64,000 nucleotides of DNA, taken from NCBI GenBank assembly GCA_947627275.1, contig CANQVK010000014.1, forward strand, positions 666 to 64,665, given 5' to 3'. Source of the stretch: an uncultured Ruminococcus sp. (lineage in GTDB: Bacteria; Bacillota; Clostridia; Oscillospirales; Ruminococcaceae). The notes beneath the pieces were generated by a model. It had not been told where the DNA came from. It searched no databases and saw only the letters and a list, made by a program, of their open reading frames with translations. Below, one piece after another: positions 55,792 to 64,000 of this stretch; position 1 is the stretch's first letter; each line of letters starts with the position of its first letter. Made by a program: the position numbers and the translations under genes.

Positions 55792-58395
55792 ATGATCAAT
55801 TTTAAGAAAGTTAAATCGGTCGTTCTCAGCGGAATGATGGCTGTCGCTTCTGTGGCAGGTTCGTTTGTCTCAGCTGCTCCCTCTCTTAATGCGGCTGCTG
55901 CCGGCTCTGACGACTATGCAAAACTCCTTCAGTACTCTCTCTATTTTTACGATGCGAATATGTGCGGCGATGAGGTAGGGCAGAAATCGGGAATGACATG
56001 GAGAGGTAACTGCCATACCTCCGATGAGGTGAACGGCGGCTTCCACGATGCCGGCGACCACGCTATGTTCGGTCTTCCTCAGGGATTTGCAGCTTCTGTT
56101 CTCGGCGTAAGCTACTACGAATTCAAGGACGCTTACGATGCAACAGGTCAGGGCGAGCACCTTAAAGTCGTCACAGATCATTTCTGCGATTTCTTCAAGC
56201 GTTCCACAAAGCTCGACGGCAACAGAGTTTCAAACTTCCTCTATCAGAAGGGCGACGGTGACGAAGACCACAGCTATTGGGGTCCTCCCGAAAAACAGGG
56301 AGGTTCAAGAAGAATGTTCTGGACTTCCAACGGAGCAAGCGATATAGCTGCTGATTATGCTGCCGCTCTCGCTCTTAACTACCTCAACTTCGGCAATACC
56401 GAGGATCTTAAGTACGCAGAAGCTCTTTATAACTTCTCCACTCAGTACAATCAGGTTGCTGTAGAAGGTACTATCCCATTCTACAAATCAAGCAGTTGTC
56501 AGGATGAACAGGCAAATGCTGCCGGCTGGCTTTACATTGCTACGAAGAATGAAAAGTACAAGAACGATTGTGCGGGCAAACAGGCTCAGTACCTCGGCTG
56601 GGTAGACGGCTGGGAGAACAGAGAGCTTGGCGCAGCTACTGTTTATGCAGAGATCACAGGCGACTGGAGCAAGGTGAACGACTGGATCGGCAGTAAGGCT
56701 AACGGCAACGGCTACTTCTTCCTCGATAAGTGGGGCAGCGCAAGAATCAACTGCTCAATGCAGCTTTCAGCTCTTATAGCTTCAAAGCACTCCAACGCCG
56801 ACTATACTTCATGGTGTCAGGGTCAAATGGATTTCATTCTCGGACAGAATCCTGCAAACACCTGCTTGGTTATCGGATATGCTGCTAACTCCGCTAAGAA
56901 TCCTCATCACAGAGCAGCTTCCGGATTTAATTCCTACAACGAATTCAACGGCGAGAATCATCCTCAGTCTATAAGCCCCAACGGTCACAGCCTTATCGGT
57001 GCGCTTGTCGGCGGTCCTACTGACGCTTCAGGCGGCGGATATGTGGACGATATGAACGACTACGTTGCTAACGAGGTTGCTATCGACTATAACGCAGGTC
57101 TTGTTGGCGCTGCTGCCGGTCTTTATCACTTCAAGAAGACGGGTAGGACGGTTTCCTCTATCGAGGGTGTTGACAAGATCTACAGCGGCAGTGTTACACC
57201 CACTCCCACTCCTACAGAGCCTTCTGTGACACCTCCCACAACAACAGCAAATCAAAATCCAAGTACTATTACTACTACACCTGTTCAGCCCTCCGGCGGA
57301 GATATTGTTCTTACTCCCAGCGATATGAAGGTTGGAACTGAAAAGGGCGACGACGGAGAGATTAACAACTACGCTGAATTCAGCCCCAAGGGCGCTAAGT
57401 CGGCTACACTTTACCTTACAGTAAAGTCCAACGATACAGAGGTATCAGGTGCATTCGGTACATGGACAGGAACATGGGATCAGGAAGACTTCACGGGCGT
57501 TAAAGTAGGTGCAGACAAGACCGTCGCTATCGACTATACGATCCCTTCAAAAGTTGGTTCAACAGTTAAGGCGATGGTATTCTGGCCTCACGGCGACAAT
57601 GTTGTTATCGACAAGATAGTTCTCCACACAGGAAGCAGCAGCACACCTACGCCTACTCCTACAAATCCCCCCACAACAACTCCTCCTACATCAAGCGGAA
57701 ACGGACAGTATGAGAACAAGCTCAATCAATCGGTCGATTACAATAAGCTCCCCGAGAACGATAAGATGATCGGTTGGGAATGGGCTGATTTCGGAATCGG
57801 CGCAAATGAAACGATCAAAAAGGTCGAGATAAATATCTCCGCAAACGGAAATATCGGCAAATGGCAGGGCGCATTCGGCTCGTCCACAAAGGTTTCTCCC
57901 GATTACTGGACTCAGACAGACGAGATGGAGCAGACGTTCAGCGGAAACAAGGGTACTATCACATGGAATATCGACTCGGCTACTGCAAAGATCATTCAGA
58001 CTCAGTACGGCGGTGAGCTTAAGTTCGGTATCTGGTGGATCGACTGCAAGCAGTTTACAATTGATTCTATCAAGGTTTATACAGACGGTTCAAGCACCGT
58101 TACACCCACAAATCCTCCCGCAACAAATCCCCCTGCGACCAATCCTCCCACAGGCAACGTATCGCTTTACGGCGACGCAAACTGCGACGGCAAGGTAACT
58201 ATCGCAGATTCAACAGCTATCCTCCAGCATCTCGGAAATCAGGATAAGTACGGTCTTTCCGCTCAGGGTCTTGCTAATGCGGACGTCTGCAATAACGGCG
58301 ACGGCGTTATGTCAAGCGACGCTCTTGCAATTCAGATGGTCGATGCTTCGATCCTGAAGGCAAGCGATCTTCCTGTTAAGAAGCTTCCGAACTAA
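55792..58395 (+). CDS. GH9 endoglucanase with two CBM-like modules (CBM79-like by inference) and dockerin
   Basis: GGFHDAGD, PHHRAAS, YVDDMNDYVANEVAIDYN; two Trp-rich beta modules between P/T linkers; YGDANCDG dockerin. Confidence 0.92.
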   Translation: MINFKKVKSVVLSGMMAVASVAGSFVSAAPSLNAAAAGSDDYAKLLQYSLYFYDANMCGDEVGQKSGMTWRGNCHTSDEVNGGFHDAGDHAMFGLPQGFAASVLGVSYYEFKDAYDATGQGEHLKVVTDHFCDFFKRSTKLDGNRVSNFLYQKGDGDEDHSYWGPPEKQGGSRRMFWTSNGASDIAADYAAALALNYLNFGNTEDLKYAEALYNFSTQYNQVAVEGTIPFYKSSSCQDEQANAAGWLYIATKNEKYKNDCAGKQAQYLGWVDGWENRELGAATVYAEITGDWSKVNDWIGSKANGNGYFFLDKWGSARINCSMQLSALIASKHSNADYTSWCQGQMDFILGQNPANTCLVIGYAANSAKNPHHRAASGFNSYNEFNGENHPQSISPNGHSLIGALVGGPTDASGGGYVDDMNDYVANEVAIDYNAGLVGAAAGLYHFKKTGRTVSSIEGVDKIYSGSVTPTPTPTEPSVTPPTTTANQNPSTITTTPVQPSGGDIVLTPSDMKVGTEKGDDGEINNYAEFSPKGAKSATLYLTVKSNDTEVSGAFGTWTGTWDQEDFTGVKVGADKTVAIDYTIPSKVGSTVKAMVFWPHGDNVVIDKIVLHTGSSSTPTPTPTNPPTTTPPTSSGNGQYENKLNQSVDYNKLPENDKMIGWEWADFGIGANETIKKVEINISANGNIGKWQGAFGSSTKVSPDYWTQTDEMEQTFSGNKGTITWNIDSATAKIIQTQYGGELKFGIWWIDCKQFTIDSIKVYTDGSSTVTPTNPPATNPPATNPPTGNVSLYGDANCDGKVTIADSTAILQHLGNQDKYGLSAQGLANADVCNNGDGVMSSDALAIQMVDASILKASDLPVKKLPN

Positions 58396-58442
58396 AAGCG
58401 GATAACTATTGGATGATTTAAAAATATGATCTTATAAAATTT

Positions 58443-58486
58443 ATCCCGTCAGAGCGCATTTACCGCAGCTCTGACGGGATATTTTT
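58443..58486 (+). terminator. Terminator after second GH9
   Basis: ATCCCGTCAGAGC...GCTCTGACGGGAT followed by a T run. Confidence 0.8.
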
Positions 58487-58512
58487 TGCTGTTAGTATCC
58501 ATGTTTGCCACA

Positions 58513-58646
58513 GCCGTGTCCATCTTGAGGGAACACCCTCTCTTGCAGGGCATTCCCTCTTTCAAAACAGTCCACGGAACTGTTTTGAAATTCACCCTTT
58601 GCGGAGCGCTTAAACGCTATGTGGGACACCGTCCCTTTGGAATCCC
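58513..58646. repeat. Clostridial intergenic repeat with TTTCAAAACAGT hairpin and CCCTTTGGAATCCC arm
   Basis: Shares ACACCGTCCCTTTGGAATCC with the reverse complement of 20664-20696. Confidence 0.55.
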
Positions 58647-58654
58647 GATATTGA

Positions 58655-58810
58655 TAGTAATCCTACTTGAAATTAGAACAAGTTCACTGATAAAAATTAT
58701 CCATAGCTGCGTTGTCGTCGTCACCGTACGACAGTACGCTTTCCTCCTCCGCCTTGCTATGAAAAGTTTTTATTCAGTTCATTTTGTCCAAATCTCAAGT
58801 AGGATTACTA
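58655..58810. mobile_element. MITE-like element, copy G
   Basis: Perfect 16-bp terminal repeats TAGTAATCCTACTTGA / TCAAGTAGGATTACTA; minus core CAAGGCGGAGG..GCGTACTGTCGTACG..GACAACGCAG. Confidence 0.75.
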
Positions 58811-58841
58811 TAGTTAGATTAAGTTGATGACATTGTTGATC

Positions 58842-58931
58842 AGCCAAAAATTGCGTTTTTCGTTTTTGGTTTAGCCAAAAATTGCTCATTTGATATTCAT
58901 ATTTGACAACTTTGTCCTTTTGTGTTAAAAT
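58842..58931 (+). promoter_or_regulatory. Xylanase promoter with upstream 13-bp direct repeats
   Basis: AGCCAAAAATTGC at 58842-58854 and 58873-58885; TTGACA 58903-58908, 17 nt, TAAAAT. Confidence 0.65.
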
Positions 58932-58996
58932 AAAATAGGTGATTTTTTATTGCCGAGAGATGTAATGAAGCATTTATCTATGGAGGGATGATCACA

Positions 58997-60958
58997 ATGA
59001 AGAATTCAAAATTCACACGATATGCGGCGGCTGTTCTTGCTGCTGCAATGACTGTTTCCGCAGCGCCGGCTGTTTATGCGGCTGACGGAGACTTGTCCGC
59101 CGCAACAGGCAAGGTCGTATACAGCTTCGATTTCGAGGACGGCGATGTTTCCGCTTTCTGCAACAGAGGTGAGAACGATACTACAGAGATTTCGGCTTCC
59201 GATGAAGCGTTTGTAAGCGGCAAGAAATCGCTTCTGGCAAGCGGACGCTCTAAGGATTGGAACGGTCCTGCTTTCCGTCTTGACGACAAGCTTGAACCTT
59301 ACACAGAGTACTATATCAGCGCAAAGATAAAGGGCAGATATTATACGGGAGCTACTTTCAGTTTCCAGTATACAAATTCCGACGGCGAAACAAAGTATTC
59401 CAATCTTGTTCAGAATCTCAATGGCAGCGATTGGATGTCCGTTGAAAATGTAAAGGTAAGCTTTACCGATGAAATGACAGATGTTTACGTGTACTTTGAG
59501 GGCGGTCAGGACGACATTTTCATAGATGATTTTACCGTGGTAGAAGTTCCTTCTGTTGAGATAGAACAGGATATACCCGGTCTTAAGGACGTTTTTGCCA
59601 ACGATTTCAAGATCGGAACGGCGATGACTCCCGGCGATCTGAGTTCAAAACCTACTACCTCGCTGGTCGAAAAGCATTTCAGCGGAAGTATTACGGCAGG
59701 CAATGAAATGAAGCCCGATTCCGTTCTTAATCAGGCTGCCTGTCAGGCTTATTATGAGGAAACAGGAGACGATACAGTTCCGCAGATCTCTTTTTCTGCT
59801 GCCAAGCCGCTTCTTAACTACTGCCGCGACAATAATATTCCCGTAAGGATCCATACTCTCGTATGGCACAGTCAGACGCCCGACTGGTTCTTCAAGGAGG
59901 GCTATACCAATGACGGCGAATGGGTCTCCAAGGAGATAATGCTTAAGCGTATGGAGAACTACATCAAGGCTTACTTCGAGACGCTTACAGAGCTTTACCC
60001 CACTATTGACTTCTACGCCTGCGACGTTGTGAACGAGGCATGGCTGGAGGACGGAAATCCCCGTCAGCCCGGCGAACAGGGCAGCGGCGGCTCTGCGAAG
60101 TCCGCATGGGTACAGGTTTTCGGCGATAATTCCTTTATTGAGCCTGCCTTTACATTTGCAAGAAAGTATGCTCCCGAGGGCTGCAAGCTTTACTATAATG
60201 ATTACAACGAATACATGGACGGCAAGATGAACGCTATTATCGAAATGGCAAAGGACTTCAAGGAAAAGGGCATTATCGACGGTATCGGAATGCAGTCTCA
60301 CCTTGACGCGCGTCAGAGCCTCGACGCAGCTTTCCCCTCTGTCAGCATGTATAACAAGGCGCTTGATAAATACGCTGAGCTTGGACTCGATATTCAGGTA
60401 ACCGAGCTTGACGTTACAACTCCCGAAAACCCTACCGAAGCGGACTTCAAGGTGCAGGCAGATTATTATAAGGGCATTTGGGATTCTATCTACGCTCATA
60501 AGGACAATATTTCCGCTGTTGTACTCTGGGGTATCACCGATGACGGCAGTTGGAGAGCGAAGCAGTATCCGCTTCTCTTTGATGCGGAATACAAGGCTAA
60601 GCCGGCGTTTTACTCCATTATCGAGGGACATAAAGTTCCCGATGTAAAGCCTACCGACCCTGTTACTACAGACGTTAAGCCGACAGACCCCGTTCCGACA
60701 GACGAAGCCACTGATCCCACATCTTCCGAGGTAAGTCTCCTTGGCGACGCAAACTGTGACGGAGATGTAACGATTGCCGATTCCACCGCAATTCTTCAGG
60801 CTCTCGGAAATCCTGACAAGTATGGACTTTCAGTGCAGGGAGCAGCCAATGCTGACTGCTGCAATCCCGGAGACGGCGTTCTGCCAAGCGATGCGCTTGC
60901 AATTCAGAAAATAGACGCAAAAGTAATTACTAAACTTCCTGAGATCACCGAAAAATAA
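58997..60958 (+). CDS. CBM22-GH10 endo-xylanase with dockerin
   Basis: Signal peptide; FDFEDG...WNGP CBM22; NEMKPD, HTLVWHSQTP, DVVNE acid/base, QVTELD nucleophile; GDANCDG dockerin. Confidence 0.93.
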   Translation: MKNSKFTRYAAAVLAAAMTVSAAPAVYAADGDLSAATGKVVYSFDFEDGDVSAFCNRGENDTTEISASDEAFVSGKKSLLASGRSKDWNGPAFRLDDKLEPYTEYYISAKIKGRYYTGATFSFQYTNSDGETKYSNLVQNLNGSDWMSVENVKVSFTDEMTDVYVYFEGGQDDIFIDDFTVVEVPSVEIEQDIPGLKDVFANDFKIGTAMTPGDLSSKPTTSLVEKHFSGSITAGNEMKPDSVLNQAACQAYYEETGDDTVPQISFSAAKPLLNYCRDNNIPVRIHTLVWHSQTPDWFFKEGYTNDGEWVSKEIMLKRMENYIKAYFETLTELYPTIDFYACDVVNEAWLEDGNPRQPGEQGSGGSAKSAWVQVFGDNSFIEPAFTFARKYAPEGCKLYYNDYNEYMDGKMNAIIEMAKDFKEKGIIDGIGMQSHLDARQSLDAAFPSVSMYNKALDKYAELGLDIQVTELDVTTPENPTEADFKVQADYYKGIWDSIYAHKDNISAVVLWGITDDGSWRAKQYPLLFDAEYKAKPAFYSIIEGHKVPDVKPTDPVTTDVKPTDPVPTDEATDPTSSEVSLLGDANCDGDVTIADSTAILQALGNPDKYGLSVQGAANADCCNPGDGVLPSDALAIQKIDAKVITKLPEITEK

Positions 60959-60966
60959 TATTGAAT

Positions 60967-61006
60967 AAAAAACCGTTGCAGTATTATCGGTACTGCAACG
61001 GTTTTT
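60967..61006. terminator. Bidirectional terminator between xylanase and xylA
   Basis: AAAAAACCGTTGCAGTA / TACTGCAACGGTTTTT. Confidence 0.85.
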
Positions 61007-61025
61007 CAGCTATGGACGGTTATTT

Positions 61026-62348
61026 TTAAAGTCCGAACATAACGTTGTTCACGATAGCTTCAAGCATTTCCTGTCTGCCGCTGGTGAGGGAGTCGGTCAC
61101 TTCGCCCTTTTCAAGAGCGTATTTTTCAAGCTCGGCAAATCCGACCTTACCGTCGATGATGTCCTTGCCGATTCCCGAATCCCACGAAGAATAGCGTTCC
61201 TCAACGAATTTGTCTATTCTGCCGTCCTCGATGAGCTTAACTGCAATGCGAAGTCCGAGAGCGAATGTGTCCATACCCGCAATGTAGCTATGGAAAATGT
61301 CCTCGGGAGTAAACGAACCTCTCCTTGCCTTTGAATCGAAGTTCAGACCGCCGTTTGTAAATCCGCCTGCTTTCAGCACTTCGTACATGCACATAGCCGC
61401 TTCGTATACGTTCGTGGGGAACTGGTCGGTATCCCAGCCGAGGAGCGTATCTCCCTGATTTGCGTCTATCGAGCCGAAAGCTCCGTTTTCACGGGCAACT
61501 CTCAGTTCGTGCTGGAACGTGTGCTGCGCCAATGTTGCGTGATTTGCCTCGATGTTCATTTTGAAATCTTTTTCAAGACCGTATTTTCTCAGGAAGCCCA
61601 ACACTGTTGCGGTATCGAAGTCGTACTGATGCTTGGTAGGCTCTTTCGGCTTCGGCTCTATGTAGAAATCGCCCGTATAGCCAATAGAACGTGCATACTC
61701 AACAGCCATTTTCATAAGACGCGCCATGTTGTCAAGCTCCAGTCCCATGTTGGTGTTGAGGAGCGTTTCGTAGCCCTCGCGTCCGCCCCAGAAAACGTAG
61801 CCCTGACCGCCTAATTTCACAGTCGAGTCGATAGCTTTTTTTATCTGAGCTGCCGTATACGCAAAAACGTCGGCAGAGGGGGACGTTCCGGCGCCGTGCA
61901 TATAACGGGGGTGGTCGAAGCATTTTGCGGTTCCCCAAAGACATTTTATACCGGTCTGAGCCTGTTTTTCTTTGATGTAATCGGTGATCTCGTCAAGCTT
62001 TTCGTTAGACTCGGCGAGCGTTCCGTACTCGGGGGAGAGATCGCGGTCATGGAAGCAGAAGTATCCGATAGACAGCTTTTCCATGATCTCGAAAGCGGCG
62101 TCCACCTTTGCTTTTGCACGAGCCGTTGGATCGGTTTCGCCCCATGTTTTGTCGGCAGTTCCGCAGCCGAACATGTCTGTTCCGTCGCCGCCCATTGTGT
62201 GCCACCATGAAAGGGCAAACTTAAGATGCTCTTTCATCGTCTTTCCGGCTATCACCTCATCGGGAGCGTAGTACTTGAACGAGAGAGGGTTGCTCGAGTT
62301 TTTTCCCTCGTAGGGAATTTTGCCGATGTTGCTGAAATATTCTTTCAT
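61026..62348 (-). CDS. xylA: Xylose isomerase (class II)
   Basis: [44 protein letters not shown]. Confidence 0.97.
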   Translation of the reverse strand: MKEYFSNIGKIPYEGKNSSNPLSFKYYAPDEVIAGKTMKEHLKFALSWWHTMGGDGTDMFGCGTADKTWGETDPTARAKAKVDAAFEIMEKLSIGYFCFHDRDLSPEYGTLAESNEKLDEITDYIKEKQAQTGIKCLWGTAKCFDHPRYMHGAGTSPSADVFAYTAAQIKKAIDSTVKLGGQGYVFWGGREGYETLLNTNMGLELDNMARLMKMAVEYARSIGYTGDFYIEPKPKEPTKHQYDFDTATVLGFLRKYGLEKDFKMNIEANHATLAQHTFQHELRVARENGAFGSIDANQGDTLLGWDTDQFPTNVYEAAMCMYEVLKAGGFTNGGLNFDSKARRGSFTPEDIFHSYIAGMDTFALGLRIAVKLIEDGRIDKFVEERYSSWDSGIGKDIIDGKVGFAELEKYALEKGEVTDSLTSGRQEMLEAIVNNVMFGL

Positions 62349-62501
62349 AATAACCTCCGAAAATATAAATTTAACAGGTCTATCAGAAAACCTGAGAACA
62401 ATTAAATTATAGCATTATTGCTAAAAAATGACTAATCAAATCTTGCTTTTTATGAAACGTAATTTGCGGAAATTTTAATAAACTGTTAAGTCAATGATGT
62501 A

Positions 62502-63368
62502 TCAATTGTTGTCCGAGTTTTTGAAAAGCTTTCTGAACTCCGAGGGCGTGCAGTTTTTGTGAGCTTTAAATATCCTGTTGAAGGTCGTTATACTGGAAAA
62601 TCCGGAACGCATAGCTATATCGGTGACTGAAATTTCGGGGTCGCAAAGCAGTTGTTCAGCCATTTTTATGCGCTTGCAGTTGATGTATTGAATGCAGGAC
62701 ATGTTGTTATACTTTTTAAAAAGCCGTGAAAAATGAAATTTGCTGTACCCAGCTATCGCCGCCAGCGTATCGAGGGAAAGCTCCTCGGTAAAGTTGTGAT
62801 TTATGTAGTTCATAACATATTTCAGCTTCATGCTGTCATCGGAGCTGAGTTCGCCGTCCTCGGGAGCGTCGCCCGTCTGTCTGAGCTGAGCCTCGCGAAC
62901 GGCGGTAAGAATGCTGAGCAGATTCATATAAATTCGTGCGTCGGCAACGGGCGACTTTGAATAGTAATCGGAATAAATATCGAGGATGCCTTTTCGCGCG
63001 ATCAGGTAAAGCTCTCTATCGGGTTCGGGAGTAATGTATACTGCGGAACTGAATACAGGCAGCAGGGAGTCAAGGATAACGTTGCCGCCGAGTTGGGTGT
63101 TGTCGCATTGAAAAATAATGCGCCGTCCCTCTCTTGCCGGCATTGAGTGAAGCTCGCCCGGCGGAATTATGAGGATCTCCTTTTCCTTAAGCACATACTC
63201 CCTGTCGCCGGAAATAACGGAAAAATCATTTGTAAGTGGAATAATTATTTCCACCGCATTGTGCCAGTGAGTGGGATATGCTTCTGTTTCATCGTTATCA
63301 TAAAGCATAACGACGCGCTTGTTCTCGTATTCAACGGTTTCATACACTCCCGTTAAATTTTTTATCAT
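62502..63368 (-). CDS. AraC family transcriptional regulator (cupin + HTH)
   Basis: HWHNAVEII and IPPGELH cupin; GYSKFHFSRLFK, GFSSITTFNRIFK HTH; start may be 63368 or 63401. Confidence 0.93.
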   Translation of the reverse strand: MIKNLTGVYETVEYENKRVVMLYDNDETEAYPTHWHNAVEIIIPLTNDFSVISGDREYVLKEKEILIIPPGELHSMPAREGRRIIFQCDNTQLGGNVILDSLLPVFSSAVYITPEPDRELYLIARKGILDIYSDYYSKSPVADARIYMNLLSILTAVREAQLRQTGDAPEDGELSSDDSMKLKYVMNYINHNFTEELSLDTLAAIAGYSKFHFSRLFKKYNNMSCIQYINCKRIKMAEQLLCDPEISVTDIAMRSGFSSITTFNRIFKAHKNCTPSEFRKLFKNSDNN

Positions 63369-63591
63369 TTTATTCACCTTCTTGAAAGATAAATTTTGCA
63401 AGAGGAAAGCCGTTTCTTATATCTAAATTATACACCAAAGTGATATATTTTGTAAATAGTGTTTGAACAATTTGTTAAAATTCAGCAATTCATGACCGAA
63501 GCACCGCAATTTTTGGTTAGTGATATTGTTCAAAAAGATATATAATTGATTCATAACGTAGATAACAGTACAAAACGAGGAAGGTATGTAA

Positions 63592-64000
63592 ATGGCAGTG
63601 AAGTTTTCTGAAATAAATTACAACGGATTCGGTAGCTGCGTCTGCCTTGAAAACGGCACGGTGAAGCTTATAGCTACCGCCGATGTCGGGCCGAGAATAG
63701 TTTATTTTGGATTTATCGACGGCGAAAATATTCTTTTTGAGGATAACGACCGCAATTTCTATGAGATAAACCGAGGCTACGGAGTATGGTACGCTTACGG
63801 CGGACACAGGATATGGACAGCGCCCGAGACCATGCCCGAAACTTATCTTCCCGATAACTCGGGGGTTACGGTCGAATTTTGCGGCGATGTGCTGACCCTG
63901 ACTTCTCCCCTGACAATTTTTGGGAAGAAAATAAGCATGGAAATAACCATGGACGAGGGCAGCGGCGCTGCAATAGTCAACAAAATCGAAAACTGCTCGG
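63592..64000 (+). CDS. Hypothetical galactose-mutarotase-like (DUF4380-like) protein, 3'-partial
   Basis: GAGGAAGG RBS; MAVKFSEINYNGFGSCVCLENGTVKLIATADVGPRIV...YGGHRIWTAPE; open to the window end; not in the ORF track because it has no stop. Confidence 0.7.
   Translation, partial: MAVKFSEINYNGFGSCVCLENGTVKLIATADVGPRIVYFGFIDGENILFEDNDRNFYEINRGYGVWYAYGGHRIWTAPETMPETYLPDNSGVTVEFCGDVLTLTSPLTIFGKKISMEITMDEGSGAAIVNKIENCS

Noticed and set aside
58096-58155. Short tandem repeats ACAAATCC(T/C)CC(C/T)GC
   Set aside because: They encode the TNPPA Pro/Thr linker; ordinary for modular cellulases.
59645-60631. 328-aa minus-strand ORF
   Set aside because: Antisense to the GH10 catalytic domain.
63517-63807. 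96-aa minus-strand ORF
   Set aside because: Overlaps the better-supported plus-strand gene starting at 63592, which has a strong RBS.

Overview
64-kb chromosomal window from a cellulolytic Ruminococcus-like (Oscillospiraceae) bacterium. The taxon is inferred from five dockerin-bearing proteins, GH9/GH10 cellulosomal enzymes and Firmicutes-type sigmaA promoters. Most of the window is housekeeping: yajC, hpf, an FHA-RodA-PBP trio, guaB, aroE/aroK, a full fab/acc fatty-acid cluster, a Vor-type 2-oxoacid:ferredoxin oxidoreductase, typA, 3 tRNAs, rsmE, two GH9s, a CBM22-GH10, xylA and an AraC regulator. The standout is an AT-rich accessory locus at ~1.2-12.8 kb. It holds five diverged paralogous lipoproteins (CxxPNCxHxxxxC motif, C-terminal KL(T/I)EEELLAL) alternating with three ~110-aa secreted-type proteins, each behind a perfect sigmaA promoter and followed by a stem-loop, and it ends in an ABC ATPase plus a large permease. 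The locus shows several signs of cassette shuffling: near-identical junctions around divergent genes, a 63-bp conversion-like tract, a 36-bp RBS block shared by two unrelated genes, a (TA)6 frameshift, two 5'-damaged small genes, and an orphan alternative permease C-terminus behind a 22-bp direct repeat. I interpret it, as inference only, as a polymorphic secreted-protein/lipoprotein (toxin-immunity or ligand-receptor) cassette system. The window also carries at least seven copies of a MITE-like hairpin element, a tandem YcxB array and candidate operator repeats upstream of the glycoside hydrolases. No CRISPR array, integrase, transposase or reverse transcriptase was seen. All calls come from reading the sequence by eye; no database search was run.
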